From Sedimentisphaerales bacterium (GTDB lineage: Bacteria > Planctomycetota > Phycisphaerae > Sedimentisphaerales > Anaerobacaceae): a stretch of DNA of 64,000 bases. The notes below the pieces were generated by a model. It saw nothing but the letters and a program-made list of their open reading frames with translations. It made no database searches and was not told the origin of the DNA. Location of the stretch: the NCBI GenBank assembly GCA_963708075.1, contig OY970194.1, positions 3,616,001 through 3,680,000 of the forward strand. The letters are read 5' to 3'. The translations under genes were made by a program, and so were the position numbers. Shown here one piece after another: positions 10,220-20,464 of this stretch. Within the stretch, counting starts at the first letter, position 1. Every line of letters starts with the position of its first letter.

Positions 10220-12421
10220 TTACTTGGCCGGAGGTCTCTCGAAGGTGTTCCAGGCGACGCCTTCCGACTTCCACACCGCAGGCTGGCGCTCCAGCGTCAG
10301 TCTCTCAGTTTCGCTCATGGTATAGATGTGGCGATTCAGGCTGGCGGACCAGAAGCGATAGACGGGCTTTGTCCCGGCGGCCTTACTCTCCGGCGGGTAG
10401 GCGTAGAACACGATGCCTTCGTACTTCCACACGGTAGGAAAGTCGCGAATCAGTGAGGCCTTCTCAGTCTCGCTGATCGTGTAGAAGTATGCGTTATTCT
10501 TCGCGGAATAGAAGCGGTAGATCGGCGCCAGATTGGGATTGCCGGACTGTTGTCCGCCCTGATTCGTCAGTAATTCGAAGGCAAGGTCCCACTTGGTACC
10601 CCTGGGGTACTCGACAGACTCCCCCGCCAGCCAGCGGGCGCCGATGACCGGAGGCCAGGAGCCGGTGGATGAGCTGCCGGCGGCGACCTGTGAGACACGG
10701 GCTGCGGCGTTGTTGAAGGAGTACGGCCGGGTCGTCCAGCCCCATGGATTCAAAGGCGTGGGTGCACCCGTGTCATAAACGGCGGCGATGCTCAGCCAGT
10801 AAACGGTGGGCACCGATGCGCCGGTGGACCCGGTTGTCGGACTTTGATAGAACCATTCGTCCTGAGACAGCAGGCAGGTGAACTGGAAGCAGGTTTCGCC
10901 GCGATTGATCCCCCGCGGGTCGTCATCCTGCCCCGCCAGGTTCCACGTCCAGTGCGTACAATACGTCTCCCAGAGGAGGGTATTGGGGTGATTCGAATCG
11001 GCGGTCTTTCCGGGCGCATCCGTCCAAATGCCGATATGGAAAGCCAGCGGCTGCACGGACGGCAGCATGGGCTTGGTCCAGCTCTGGAAGGAGCCCCACC
11101 ACTGGAACCCCGTGATCGGCCGCTCATCGGTGCACTGCCAGTCATCGGCGTTGATCTGATGCAGATGCAGGCCGGAGACCTCGTCCCATCCACGGAATAT
11201 GAATGGCGTGGCGGCATCGGAACTCTGGGCCGGCTGGCTCCATTTGAGACCTCCCTTGCCGGCATTGGTTTGCGGCTCAAAGTCGCGCACCGCGGAAACC
11301 TTGTAGTCCTCCACCTCGCCATCCTGCGCCGGACCATAATAGGGCAACAGGCCCCGGGTGTTGAAACGGAACCTTGCATAGGTATCGCCGGGGGCAACGG
11401 TTGCCGGAATGCGGAAGGAAAGGTGGTTTACGCCGCTCCTGAGCAGCACATCCTCGAATATCTGCTCATCCCTGCCATCGAAACTGCCATCGCCGTCGAA
11501 ATCCATCCACGCATTCAGATAGCCCTGGACAGAGGCCGTCACGTCAATGGTGGCGGTTTCCCCGGGCGACAGGCTGCTGGTGAATTGAACTCCATCCTCG
11601 TCGTCGCGATCGTCGTCATCGCCGGTGGCGGACGCGGTCGGCCTGCCGTTGGACTCGGTGTCGACGCCGGCTCCCAGGTAGACCCCGGCGGAGACCAGGT
11701 GCCGGGCTCCATTGCTGGCGAGGGTAGTTCCATAGGAATCGGGAGCATCGCCATAGTCCTGCTGTGTCGGCTGCTGGGTGCCTCCGTCAGAGTCGCCGCC
11801 TTTGGCCCGGCATTCGCGCATGACCCCGCGATGGATATCGACGTTCCTTCCGCGGATATCGATCGAGACCCAGTCCGGGTTGTACTGCCCGATCGTAAGC
11901 TCCTTGTTTGGCTCCACGGATCCGGGGTTCTCCGGATTTCCTAGGAATACACTGTCGAGGGCCTGGAACTCCTCGCTGTCCATATACTTGGCTTCATCGC
12001 TTTCCGTCGGCGCATCGTCCGGCAAGGGGGGCCGGTTGCGGCCGAGTTGGGACCACTGCGGCGTAGCCCAATTGAAGCGGACATCGAAAGACACGCTTCT
12101 GGCGTAGTCGTTAGCCGTGATGAACACCCTGTAATATAGCAATCCTTCCCGATCGGGGCTGTACGGCTCGTTGTAGAACCACTGTCTCCAGCATCCGCTG
12201 GCAGGGTAATAATACCACGTGCCGCCGCCGTAACCGTCGCCCTCGCCCTGCACGTAGTCACCATTGTGATCCAGGACAATGCGGAAGAAAGAGCCCGGAA
12301 ACGCGCTCGGGTCTATCTCGAAGATCAAGTCGCGCGAATCGGCCCGGGCGGTGGAGCAGAAAAACGCGAGAATGAGGAACAGCAGCCATATCGGCAGTGG
12401 TCTGGATTGCGACTCGTTCAT
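10220..12421 (-). CDS. secreted multidomain protein with GEVED domain and C-terminal DUF5648-like repeat
   Basis: RBS AAGGAG before ATG 12421; signal peptide; DYGDAPDSYGT...DDEDGV...NAWMDFDGDG...GEVEDY; C-terminal PIYRFYS..FYTISETEK..WKYEGIVFYAY. Confidence 0.85.
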   Translation of the reverse strand: MNESQSRPLPIWLLFLILAFFCSTARADSRDLIFEIDPSAFPGSFFRIVLDHNGDYVQGEGDGYGGGTWYYYPASGCWRQWFYNEPYSPDREGLLYYRVFITANDYARSVSFDVRFNWATPQWSQLGRNRPPLPDDAPTESDEAKYMDSEEFQALDSVFLGNPENPGSVEPNKELTIGQYNPDWVSIDIRGRNVDIHRGVMRECRAKGGDSDGGTQQPTQQDYGDAPDSYGTTLASNGARHLVSAGVYLGAGVDTESNGRPTASATGDDDDRDDEDGVQFTSSLSPGETATIDVTASVQGYLNAWMDFDGDGSFDGRDEQIFEDVLLRSGVNHLSFRIPATVAPGDTYARFRFNTRGLLPYYGPAQDGEVEDYKVSAVRDFEPQTNAGKGGLKWSQPAQSSDAATPFIFRGWDEVSGLHLHQINADDWQCTDERPITGFQWWGSFQSWTKPMLPSVQPLAFHIGIWTDAPGKTADSNHPNTLLWETYCTHWTWNLAGQDDDPRGINRGETCFQFTCLLSQDEWFYQSPTTGSTGASVPTVYWLSIAAVYDTGAPTPLNPWGWTTRPYSFNNAAARVSQVAAGSSSTGSWPPVIGARWLAGESVEYPRGTKWDLAFELLTNQGGQQSGNPNLAPIYRFYSAKNNAYFYTISETEKASLIRDFPTVWKYEGIVFYAYPPESKAAGTKPVYRFWSASLNRHIYTMSETERLTLERQPAVWKSEGVAWNTFERPPAK

Positions 12422-13114
12422 GAATAAGCTCCTTAAGGCAGTTTTCCTTTGGGTGATGTCCCATCCATGGCAAGACGCGTTCTGCTGTCCGAACACACAT
12501 CCTGTGCGGAACGCCGGTATGGAATCGGCGTTTGACTGACCCTCCTCCAGAAAATCAGTGGCACATGCGCGAGACCTCTCTCCGTAGGGGTCCTCCAACC
12601 GGCTGGTGCCGATAATATACGGCGACAGCGATTGGAAATCAAGTGCCAGGAACGCACTTTTGGTAACGGAAATAACCGGAAATCCGGAAACTTTTCTGGA
12701 GCGACCCTCATGGCAAAGGCGAGGCCTCCGGACGCGATGCAGGTGATGTCGGCCATCAGCAGATGCTTGGGTGCCCAAGGCTGCCACACGTCCGAAAATA
12801 TGATTCCAACTGGACTTACGAGTGCTGACGGTGTAGATTGAAGGCATCCTGCCCCACTGGCGGCCGGCCGACAGAGGAGCAGCATCGCTCTCGGGGGATG
12901 CTTCCCTTGGTTTATCAGTTCGCAGTCAGGCATGATATAGAGATGCCCGGGCCGGACAGTATTTCTGTGTCTTGGATACGAGCGGATCGGTACGCAACAG
13001 CCGGCCTGCGGAAGGTCCGATATGCAAGTGCCCGCAAGGGCAAACGCAGTACGGGTCTTGTGCGTACGTAGAAGATCGAGCGGCTGAAAGCCGCGGAGAC
13101 AGAAGGATGTGACT

Positions 13115-14047
13115 ATGCGAGTGATTATCGCCGGAGCTACGGGCTTCATCGGCCAGGCGCTATGCCGGGAGCTTCGCGGCGACTATGAGCTTGTCGCTCT
13201 GACGCGGGATGCCAGGCGAGCCGCCTCTGTTATGAAGGAATGCGCAAAGATCGTGGAGTGGGACGCCAGAACCACCAGCGGCTGGGCGGGCCAGGCGGAA
13301 GGCGCCTACGCCATCATCAATCTGGCCGGTGAGAGCCTGGCGGAAGGCCGTTGGACGCCGTCGCAGAAGATGAGCATTTTGCAGAGCCGAACCAACAGCG
13401 CCAACGCGATCTCCGATGCGGTCGAAGGGGCCAGAAACAGGCCTGGCGTGGTCATCCAAGCCTCCGCCGTGGGCTATTACGGCTCTCGCGGCGACGAAAC
13501 GCTCACGGAGGATTCGCCGCCCGGAGACGGCTTTCTCGCCGAAGTATGCCGCAAAACAGAGGTGATTGCGGCGAGAGTCGGCCGGCAGAACGTCCGGCAC
13601 GTGCAACTCCGTTCGGGTATCGTGCTGGCGCAGGAAGGAGGTGCGCTGCCGCGGATGATGCGGCCTTTCCGCTTCTTTCTTGGAGGATGGGTAGGCAGCG
13701 GGAGCCAATGGCTTTCGTGGATCAGTCTGCAGGACGAGATCCGGGCGATCCGGTTTCTCATGGAGAACTCAAGCCTGCAGGGGCCGTTCAACCTCACCTC
13801 GCCCAGACCGGTCACGATGAAGGAGTTCAGCCGGATCCTGGGGCAGGTCCTTCGAAGACCGGCATGGACGATGCTTCCCGCCTTTGCCGCACGTCTAACG
13901 TTCGGCGAGATGGCCGACGAGGTGCTCCTCGCCAGCCAGCAAGCCATCCCCAAGCGACTTCAGGAGGCAGGGTTCAAGTTCAGCTACGTCGATTTGAGAA
14001 ACGCTTTAGAGGCGATTGTTCGAGGAGAAGAACATGAGTCTGGGTGA
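13115..14047 (+). CDS. TIGR01777/YfcH-family NAD-dependent epimerase
   Basis: GATGFIG, INLAGE, ASAVGYYG, GSGSQWLSWI, GPFNLTSP motifs. Confidence 0.93.
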   Translation: MRVIIAGATGFIGQALCRELRGDYELVALTRDARRAASVMKECAKIVEWDARTTSGWAGQAEGAYAIINLAGESLAEGRWTPSQKMSILQSRTNSANAISDAVEGARNRPGVVIQASAVGYYGSRGDETLTEDSPPGDGFLAEVCRKTEVIAARVGRQNVRHVQLRSGIVLAQEGGALPRMMRPFRFFLGGWVGSGSQWLSWISLQDEIRAIRFLMENSSLQGPFNLTSPRPVTMKEFSRILGQVLRRPAWTMLPAFAARLTFGEMADEVLLASQQAIPKRLQEAGFKFSYVDLRNALEAIVRGEEHESG

Positions 14048-14423
14048 GTACTTCGAGAATGTTGAGGGTATCGGAATTCTGAGCACGGCGGATGCCGAGG
14101 GTAACGTGGATTCGGCCATCTTTGCACGTCCGCACGTCGTGGACGAGGATACAGTGGCATTCATCATGGGGGACCACCTCAGTCACAGCAACATCGAGTC
14201 GAATCCGCACGCGGCGTATCTGTTCCTGGAACAAAGCCAGGGCACAGGCGGGGAAGGATATAACGGTCTGCGGCTGTACCTGACCAAGACGGCAGAGGAG
14301 ACTGATCCGAAGAAAATCGAAGCGATGCGACGAAAAGAGCGGAAAGAGGAGAGCTACGGCGGCAAAAAGAAATTCCTCGTGCAGTTCAAGGTCGATCAGG
14401 CACGCCGCCTTGTCGGGGATTGA
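14034..14423 (+). CDS. pyridoxamine 5'-phosphate oxidase-like FMN-binding protein
   Basis: GILSTADAEGNVDSA..ARPHV, SHSNIESNPHAAYLF. Confidence 0.8.
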   Translation: MSLGEYFENVEGIGILSTADAEGNVDSAIFARPHVVDEDTVAFIMGDHLSHSNIESNPHAAYLFLEQSQGTGGEGYNGLRLYLTKTAEETDPKKIEAMRRKERKEESYGGKKKFLVQFKVDQARRLVGD

Positions 14424-14485
14424 GAGCCAGCGTAGTCGGACACGCCTTGCCGACCACGGCTGAGAGACTATCTCAAAGCGGCGAA

Positions 14486-14710
14486 TGTCATTGCGAGTCG
14501 GTCAGCCGCTGCGCGGCGGGTGCCAGGAAGAACCTGATGGTTTGGGTGCCATGCTTACGCTCGCGTAAGCATGCCTTGCCCATCGAGTGGAACATGTCTA
14601 CGCAAGCGTAGACATGGCACCCGGCCGGTCAGTTTCTTAGGAGGAGCGCAGCGACGAAGCAATCTCAATCCCAGGGGGTGGGAGATTGCTTCGCTGCGCT
14701 CGCAATGACA
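14486..14710. repeat. nested palindromic repeats (TGTCATTGCGAG/GAAGCAATCTC element interrupted by a GGGTGCCATG hairpin doublet)
   Basis: TGTCATTGCGAG at 14486; GGGTGCCATG..CATGGCACCC at 14543-14620; GAGGAGCGCAGCGACGAAGCAATCTC..GAGATTGCTTCGCTGCGCTCGCAATGACA at ~14641-14710. Confidence 0.8.
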
Positions 14711-14902
14711 AGTCAGAGTCGGTTTTCGGATAGTTTCCAAGCATTTCATATCTCCCGGGGGCAGCGTTTCACGTCCTCTTGGGGGTCGAACGGGCCGTCG
14801 TTCGGGATTTTCCTGCGGTTTCGAGGCTGACCTAACCTGTGATTTTTGCGCGGCTTGCGTCACGGTGCAGCTTGCGCCGGGCGCAAATATCGCGCCCGGG
14901 TG

Positions 14903-14931
14903 TTGACAACGGACGCGCCATCCCTTATAGT
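14903..14931 (+). promoter_or_regulatory. sigma70 promoter of rex-hydrogenase operon
   Basis: TTGACA-17 nt-TATAGT. Confidence 0.8.
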
Positions 14932-14945
14932 AGCCCGGCCTTGTT

Positions 14946-14963
14946 TTGTGAATGTGAACACAA
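14946..14963 (+). promoter_or_regulatory. Rex operator
   Basis: TTGTGAATGTGAACACAA versus Rex consensus TTGTGAANNNNTTCACAA, between promoter and rex start. Confidence 0.8.
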
Positions 14964-14988
14964 GTACGAAGTGTTCGTAGTGCTGGAC

Positions 14989-15633
14989 ATGCGGTATCAC
15001 AGAATTCCGGATGAAACGGTTCGGCGGTTGCCCGTGTATTTGCGAGGCCTGATGGTTTCTGCAAACCAGGGCGAGCGGTATATCTCCAGCCAGGCCCTGG
15101 CGGATTTCGTGGGCGTGAACTCCTGGCAGATCCGCAAGGATTTCTCATACTTCGGCGACTTTGGCACGCGCGGCGTCGGCTACGATATTGAGAAGCTGGC
15201 CAGGGAAATCAAGAAGATCCTCCGCCTGGATGTGATCCGCAGGGCCGCTCTGATAGGCGTGGGCGATCTGGGCTCGGCGCTGCTGGCGTATCCGGGTTTC
15301 GGCGTATACGGTCTGGACATCGCGGCCGCCTTCGATGTCGACCCGAAGAAAATCGGCACGACGATGAACAACGGGATCACGATCGAGGATTTCGCCCGGA
15401 TCGATACGGTGAAGGAGCGTGACATCAGCCTGGCGATCATCGCGGTCCCCCGTGCGGCGGCGCAGCCTGCCGTCGATAAACTCGTGGCCACCGGAATCAA
15501 GGGGATTCTGAACTTCGCCCCGTGCAAGGTCAGCGTCCCCAAGCGGGTCAAAGTGATCACGCTGGATATCGCGATGGAGTTGGCTCGTCTGCCCTACTAT
15601 ATTCCTCGGGCCGGGCGGACGGAGGAGCCATAG
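14989..15633 (+). CDS. rex: redox-sensing transcriptional repressor Rex
   Basis: IPDETVRRLPVYLR, ISSQALA, QIRKDFSYFGDFGTRGVGY, GILNFAP. Confidence 0.96.
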   Translation: MRYHRIPDETVRRLPVYLRGLMVSANQGERYISSQALADFVGVNSWQIRKDFSYFGDFGTRGVGYDIEKLAREIKKILRLDVIRRAALIGVGDLGSALLAYPGFGVYGLDIAAAFDVDPKKIGTTMNNGITIEDFARIDTVKERDISLAIIAVPRAAAQPAVDKLVATGIKGILNFAPCKVSVPKRVKVITLDIAMELARLPYYIPRAGRTEEP

Positions 15634-15638
15634 CGGCC

Positions 15639-15717
15639 GAGATTGCTTCGCTACGCTCGCAATGACATAGACAGGTACTGTATGTCATTGTGAGGAGCAC
15701 AGCGACGAAGCAATCTC
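15639..15717. repeat. palindromic GAGATTGCTTCG..CGCAATGACA element (second copy)
   Basis: GAGATTGCTTCGCTACGCTCGCAATGACA ... TGTCATTGTGAGGAGCACAGCGACGAAGCAATCTC. Confidence 0.8.
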
Positions 15718-15796
15718 CGGTCACGCGATTTGCAGGATGAGGTTGTGCGTAATGGTCGGAAATGGTTTTTGAGGCTTTTGGAGCCGGGATTTTCGC

Positions 15797-16831
15797 ATGA
15801 GTGTAAAGAAGATAACGAAGGATGATTTTGCGAAGTTTGTCGATGCCTTGATCAAGACGGAGAAGACCATCGGCGTGCAGGCGAAGGGCGACCGGTTCGA
15901 CTTTGCCCCGCTGGAATCGGCGAAGGATCTGCGTCTGGACTATGACGTGACGCTTCAGCCGCCCAAGAAGTTCTTCCTGCCCCCGGCGGAGGTGCTCCTG
16001 ACGTATGAGGTCGGCGGCCCCTACCAGTCGCAATGCGGCGCCGAGAAGTTCATCCTCCTTGGCGTGCATCCCTACGATGTGATCGCCATCAACCAGATGG
16101 ATGAGCTGTTCCGGCAGGACAACTACGACACGCACTACATGACGCGCCGGAATAACGCAACGATCATCGCCTGTGACGTGGCCAGAGCGTCCGACAACGT
16201 CTTCGCATCCTCCATGGGGACCGCCGTCGCGGAGGAAGGTTACGACATTCTGCTGACGGACATCGGCGATGCCTACGTGGCGGAGGCCGCGACACCGAAG
16301 GGCGAGCAACTGTTGGCCAAGGCCAAAGGCGCCCCGGCCGATGCGAAGGCCCTGAACAAGAGAGAGGACGTCTGGGCCCGCAACAGAAAGTCCCTGAACA
16401 AGCACGAGCTCAAGTGCGATCCCGCCTATCTGCCCAAGCTTCTTGCCAAGGCATACAAGCATCCCATCTGGGAGGAGAGGGCCAAGACGTGCTTCTCGTG
16501 CGGCTCGTGCAACCAGGTCTGCCCCACATGCTACTGCTTCAACGTGCAGGACGACGTGAGCTGGGACCTCCAGACCGGCCAGCGATCGCGGGCCTGGGAC
16601 GGCTGCCTGCTCGACGGATTCACCAAGGTCGCACCGGCCCATGAATTCCGCAAGGCCAGGGCCGACCGGTTCAGGCACCGATTGTACCGCAAGGCCAAGT
16701 ACGTCCCGGAGAAGATCGGCGGCCAGATCGCCTGTGTCGGCTGCGGACGCTGCATCGGCGCGTGCCTGCCGGACATCGCGAACCCCGTAAGCGCATACAA
16801 CCGCCTGATCGATGACCTGGGGATCGGCTGA
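15797..16831 (+). CDS. group 3b [NiFe] hydrogenase (sulfhydrogenase) beta subunit, 4Fe-4S
   Basis: CFSCGSCNQVCPTCYC and CVGCGRCIGAC motifs, AsrA/HydB-like. Confidence 0.9.
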   Translation: MSVKKITKDDFAKFVDALIKTEKTIGVQAKGDRFDFAPLESAKDLRLDYDVTLQPPKKFFLPPAEVLLTYEVGGPYQSQCGAEKFILLGVHPYDVIAINQMDELFRQDNYDTHYMTRRNNATIIACDVARASDNVFASSMGTAVAEEGYDILLTDIGDAYVAEAATPKGEQLLAKAKGAPADAKALNKREDVWARNRKSLNKHELKCDPAYLPKLLAKAYKHPIWEERAKTCFSCGSCNQVCPTCYCFNVQDDVSWDLQTGQRSRAWDGCLLDGFTKVAPAHEFRKARADRFRHRLYRKAKYVPEKIGGQIACVGCGRCIGACLPDIANPVSAYNRLIDDLGIG

Positions 16832-16837
16832 AAGCAA

Positions 16838-16917
16838 TTGATGATGGATGATTGATAATTGATGATTGGTCCAGTGGCCAGCATCAATAATCAATCATCA
16901 ATAATCCATAATCAATA
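16838..16917. repeat. inverted 7-mer periodic repeat hairpin
   Basis: TTGATGA/TGGATGA/TTGATAA/TTGATGA ... TCAATAA/TCAATCA/TCAATAA/TCCATAA/TCAAT. Confidence 0.8.
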
Positions 16918-16928
16918 GGAGTCCACTA

Positions 16929-17768
16929 ATGTGTGAGTGTTGTACTCAAAAGAAAGACATCTACCTGCCGCAGATGGCGACCGTCGACGACGTGAGCCAG
17001 ATGAACGTCACGGAGAAGTACCTGCGGCTCTCCATGGATGACGGCCAGTTCGATTTCATTCCCGGCCAGTTCGTGGAGGTCTCGATCGCCGGATTCGGTG
17101 AGGCCCCGATCACGATCAGCTCGTCGCCGACGCTTGCGGACAGCTTTGAGCTGGTGGTTCGCAAGATCGGCCGGGTCAGCGGCGCCATCCACGGCCTCAA
17201 ACGCGGCGACAAGCTCGGCATCCGCGGGCCGCTCGGCAAAGGCATCTATCCCGTGGACGAGGCCAAGGGCAAGAACCTGGTCTTCGTCTGCGGCGGTCTC
17301 GGCCTGGTGCCGCAGCGGTCGTTCATCAACTACGTGCTCGACAATCGCGGCGACTACGGCGACGTGGCCATCCTCCAGGGAACCAAGTCCTACGACATGC
17401 GGCTGTTCACCTCCGAGATCGAGGCCTGGAGCAAGCGCGGCGACGTGCAGATCCTCGAAACCCTCGATGAAGGCGATGCACGCTGGAAGGGCAACGTCGG
17501 CGTCGTGACCAAGCTGGTTTCCAAGGTCGAGACCGATCTCAAGTCGGCCACGATCCTGGTCTGCGGCCCGCCGATCATGTACAAGTTCGTGCTGATGGCC
17601 CTGGCCGATCACAACGTGCCGCACGAGAACATCTTCCTGAACCTCGAACGGAAAATGAAATGCGGCGTAGGCAAGTGCGGGCATTGCCAGATCAACAACG
17701 CGTATGTCTGCATGTCCGGCCCGGTGTTCCGATATTCTGATTTGGCTTCTCTGCCGGAGGCGATTTAA
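16929..17768 (+). CDS. sulfhydrogenase gamma subunit (FAD/NAD(P)-binding, 2Fe-2S)
   Basis: PGQF, RGPLG, GGLGLVP, CGPPIM, MKCGVGKCGHC motifs. Confidence 0.92.
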   Translation: MCECCTQKKDIYLPQMATVDDVSQMNVTEKYLRLSMDDGQFDFIPGQFVEVSIAGFGEAPITISSSPTLADSFELVVRKIGRVSGAIHGLKRGDKLGIRGPLGKGIYPVDEAKGKNLVFVCGGLGLVPQRSFINYVLDNRGDYGDVAILQGTKSYDMRLFTSEIEAWSKRGDVQILETLDEGDARWKGNVGVVTKLVSKVETDLKSATILVCGPPIMYKFVLMALADHNVPHENIFLNLERKMKCGVGKCGHCQINNAYVCMSGPVFRYSDLASLPEAI

Positions 17769-17770
17769 CA

Positions 17771-18523
17771 ATGGCGAAACCCAAAATTGCGATATTCGAT
17801 TTTGCCTGCTGCGAAGGATGTCAGCTCCAGATCGTCAACCTCGAAGAGGAGATTCTCAGTCTCCTCGGAGGCGCCGACGTCGTGGAGTGGCGCGAGGCAA
17901 TGAGTGAAAAGAGTGACGAGTATGACATTGCCATCATCGAAGGTTCGATCACCCGCCTGGAGGATGAGGAGCGGATCAAGATGATCCGAAGCCGGGCCAA
18001 GGTGCTGATCGCCCTGGGTGCCTGCGCGGTGATCGGCGGGATCAATAAGCTCAAGAACAACTTTGACCTCGATGAGGTCAAGAAGTGCGTTTACGGCAAG
18101 GCGGCCGGCAAACCGCACCTGAGAACGGGTCCGACCAAGGCGGTCGGCGAGGTCGTGCAGGTGGACTACGCCGTGCCCGGCTGCCCCATCGACAGGAAAG
18201 AATTCACGTACATCGTGCGATCCCTGCTGATGGGCAAGAAGCCGGAGATTCCCGATTACCCCGTCTGCGTCGAGTGCAAGGCCGCCGGCAATCCGTGCCT
18301 GTGGCAATACGATCAGGTGTGCCTCGGGCCCATCATCCGCGCCGGCTGCGGGGCTCGGTGCCCGTCGAACGGGTTCCGTTGCTTCGGCTGCCGGGGCTAC
18401 GTCGATAATGCGAACGTAGACGCGGCGAAAGATGTCATCACCCGGTACGGCCTGAACATCGACGATCTGAAGACCAAGATGGTTCTCTTTGGCAGCAAAC
18501 AGGAGCCGACGATCTATGAGTAA
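17771..18523 (+). CDS. sulfhydrogenase delta (small) subunit
   Basis: CCEGC, EGSI, GACA, PGCP, VCVEC, CLGP...GCGARCP...CFGCRG. Confidence 0.93.
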   Translation: MAKPKIAIFDFACCEGCQLQIVNLEEEILSLLGGADVVEWREAMSEKSDEYDIAIIEGSITRLEDEERIKMIRSRAKVLIALGACAVIGGINKLKNNFDLDEVKKCVYGKAAGKPHLRTGPTKAVGEVVQVDYAVPGCPIDRKEFTYIVRSLLMGKKPEIPDYPVCVECKAAGNPCLWQYDQVCLGPIIRAGCGARCPSNGFRCFGCRGYVDNANVDAAKDVITRYGLNIDDLKTKMVLFGSKQEPTIYE

Positions 18524-19826
18524 AGGCACAGTCAGTATAAACGTACATCACGTGACCCGCATCGAAGGGCACGGCAATATCGTTCTCAACGCCAAGAACG
18601 GCAAGATCGAGAAGCTCGAGTGGCAGGTGCCCGAGGCACCCCGCTTCTTCGAGGCCATGATGCGCGGACGCAGCTACGAGGACATCCAGACCATCGTCAG
18701 CCGAATCTGCGGCATCTGCTCGATCTCCCACTCCCTCGTGGCGACCAAGGCGGTCGAGAACGCCATCGGCGTCGAGGTCACCGAGCAGACGGACAAGATT
18801 CGGCTGCTCATGCACTTCTCGGAGCAGTTCCAGAGCCACGTGCTGCACGTCGGCTACCTGGTGGCCCCCGATCTCTTCAACGCTCCGTCGGTCGTGCCGC
18901 TTGTGGCGAAGGCCCCCGACGCGGTCAAGACGATCATTGGCCTGCATCGCCTGGCGAATGAATGGTCCGACCTGATCGCCGGGCGGACGACGCACCCGGT
19001 GACGCTGCGTCCGGGCGGAATGACGAAGATCCCCACCGAAGCACAGCTTCGTGACCTGCAGGACCGGCTCAAGAAGTGCATGCCGGCCGTCAAGGTCGTG
19101 GCCGATGTCGTGCTTTCCGCCGCCGGCGCGCTGCCGAATTTCGAGCGGCCGACCGAGTACATCTCGCTCAAGCAGGGTAATCCGCCCACCTATACCTTCT
19201 ATCACGGCGAGATCGGCTCGACCGACTACGACAGTACCGTGCCGGTCAACGCGTGGAAGACGGTAGCCAATGAGTACGTGAACGATCAATCGACCGCCAA
19301 GTGGACAAAATGGCATCGCGATTCCTACGCCGTCGGGGCGCTGGCCCGGTTCAACAACAATGCGGAGATGCTGTCGCCCACGGCCAAAGCCGTCGCGAAA
19401 ATGTTCGGCCTCAAGAAAGGCTGCTGCAACCCCTACATGAACAGCGTTGCCCAGCTTGCCGAGGCCGTCCACGTCGTGGAGACAGCGATCCAATTGATCG
19501 ATGAGCTTCTGACGACGGGCTTGAAGCAGGAAACGGTCCGGGTCAGTCCGAGGGCCGGCAAGGCCAGCGGCGCCGTCGAGGCGCCTCGCGGCATCCTGTT
19601 CCATGAGTATGAGTTCGATCGCAAGGGCACCTGCGTCGGCGCGGATGTCTGCATTCCGACGAATCAGAATCATGCGAATATCCAGAAGGATTTTGAGAAG
19701 CTCGTGCCGGAGATCCTTGACGAGAGCGAGGACTCCATCCGGCTGAAGCTGGAGATGCTGGTTCGCGCGTACGACCCATGTGTGTCCTGCTCGACACACA
19801 TGCTGGACGTGCAGTTCGTTAAGTGA
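18516..19826 (+). CDS. [NiFe] hydrogenase large (alpha) subunit, group 3b
   Basis: TRIEGHG, L1 RICGIC, EAPRG, L2 DPCVSCSTH plus cleavable tail MLDVQFVK. Confidence 0.96.
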   Translation: MSKGTVSINVHHVTRIEGHGNIVLNAKNGKIEKLEWQVPEAPRFFEAMMRGRSYEDIQTIVSRICGICSISHSLVATKAVENAIGVEVTEQTDKIRLLMHFSEQFQSHVLHVGYLVAPDLFNAPSVVPLVAKAPDAVKTIIGLHRLANEWSDLIAGRTTHPVTLRPGGMTKIPTEAQLRDLQDRLKKCMPAVKVVADVVLSAAGALPNFERPTEYISLKQGNPPTYTFYHGEIGSTDYDSTVPVNAWKTVANEYVNDQSTAKWTKWHRDSYAVGALARFNNNAEMLSPTAKAVAKMFGLKKGCCNPYMNSVAQLAEAVHVVETAIQLIDELLTTGLKQETVRVSPRAGKASGAVEAPRGILFHEYEFDRKGTCVGADVCIPTNQNHANIQKDFEKLVPEILDESEDSIRLKLEMLVRAYDPCVSCSTHMLDVQFVK

Positions 19827-19843
19827 AGTTTGAAGTGTGAAGT

Positions 19844-20344
19844 TTGATGTTTGATGTTGAAAATCAGAAATCAAAAATCAGACTTCAAAAACCGATTGTG
19901 GTGCTTGGTCTCGGCAATCCGCTGATGGGTGATGAAGGGGTCGGCGTGTACCTCATCGAGCGGCTCGCAGGTTCTGCGGCGGACTATCCATCGGTCGATT
20001 TCCTCGACGCGGGGACCGGGGGGCTGTCGGTGCTGCACGACATCGAGGGCCGGCGTAAGGTGATCTTCATAGACTGTGCTTTCATGGACGAGGAGCCGGG
20101 CACGATCAGGCGATTCACGCCGGAAGAGGTCCGTAGCAGAAAGGTGCTCGCGCATCAGTCTCTGCACGAGGCGGACCTCATGCGGATTATCGAAATCGCC
20201 CGGCAGCTTGGGCAAGCCCCTGAGGAGATTGTCATCTTCGGCATTCAGCCGCAGCGGGTCGAATTCACTCAAGGCCTGAGCCCGACGTTGATGGAGCGAG
20301 CCGATGAGTACGTTTCTCTGATTCTGCAGGAGCTGGAGGAATGA
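19844..20344 (+). CDS. hydrogenase maturation protease
   Basis: GLGNPLMGDEGVG, DAGTGG, IDCA, SLHE, GIQP; exact start uncertain (overlaps 7-mer repeats). Confidence 0.92.
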   Translation: MMFDVENQKSKIRLQKPIVVLGLGNPLMGDEGVGVYLIERLAGSAADYPSVDFLDAGTGGLSVLHDIEGRRKVIFIDCAFMDEEPGTIRRFTPEEVRSRKVLAHQSLHEADLMRIIEIARQLGQAPEEIVIFGIQPQRVEFTQGLSPTLMERADEYVSLILQELEE

Positions 20345-20464
20345 TTGAACATGAAGAAGATGGGCCAAAGTGCGGGATTTCCGATTCCAGCATTTCGACC
20401 TTCAGATTATCATATAGTGATTACCACGAAAAATTGAGGCTTCGGAGTTGCCAAAGGAGAAACC

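Noticed and set aside
12422..12847. N-terminal extension of the GEVED protein, or a riboswitch in its leader
   Set aside because: RBS and signal peptide point to ATG 12421; no recognisable riboswitch consensus seen
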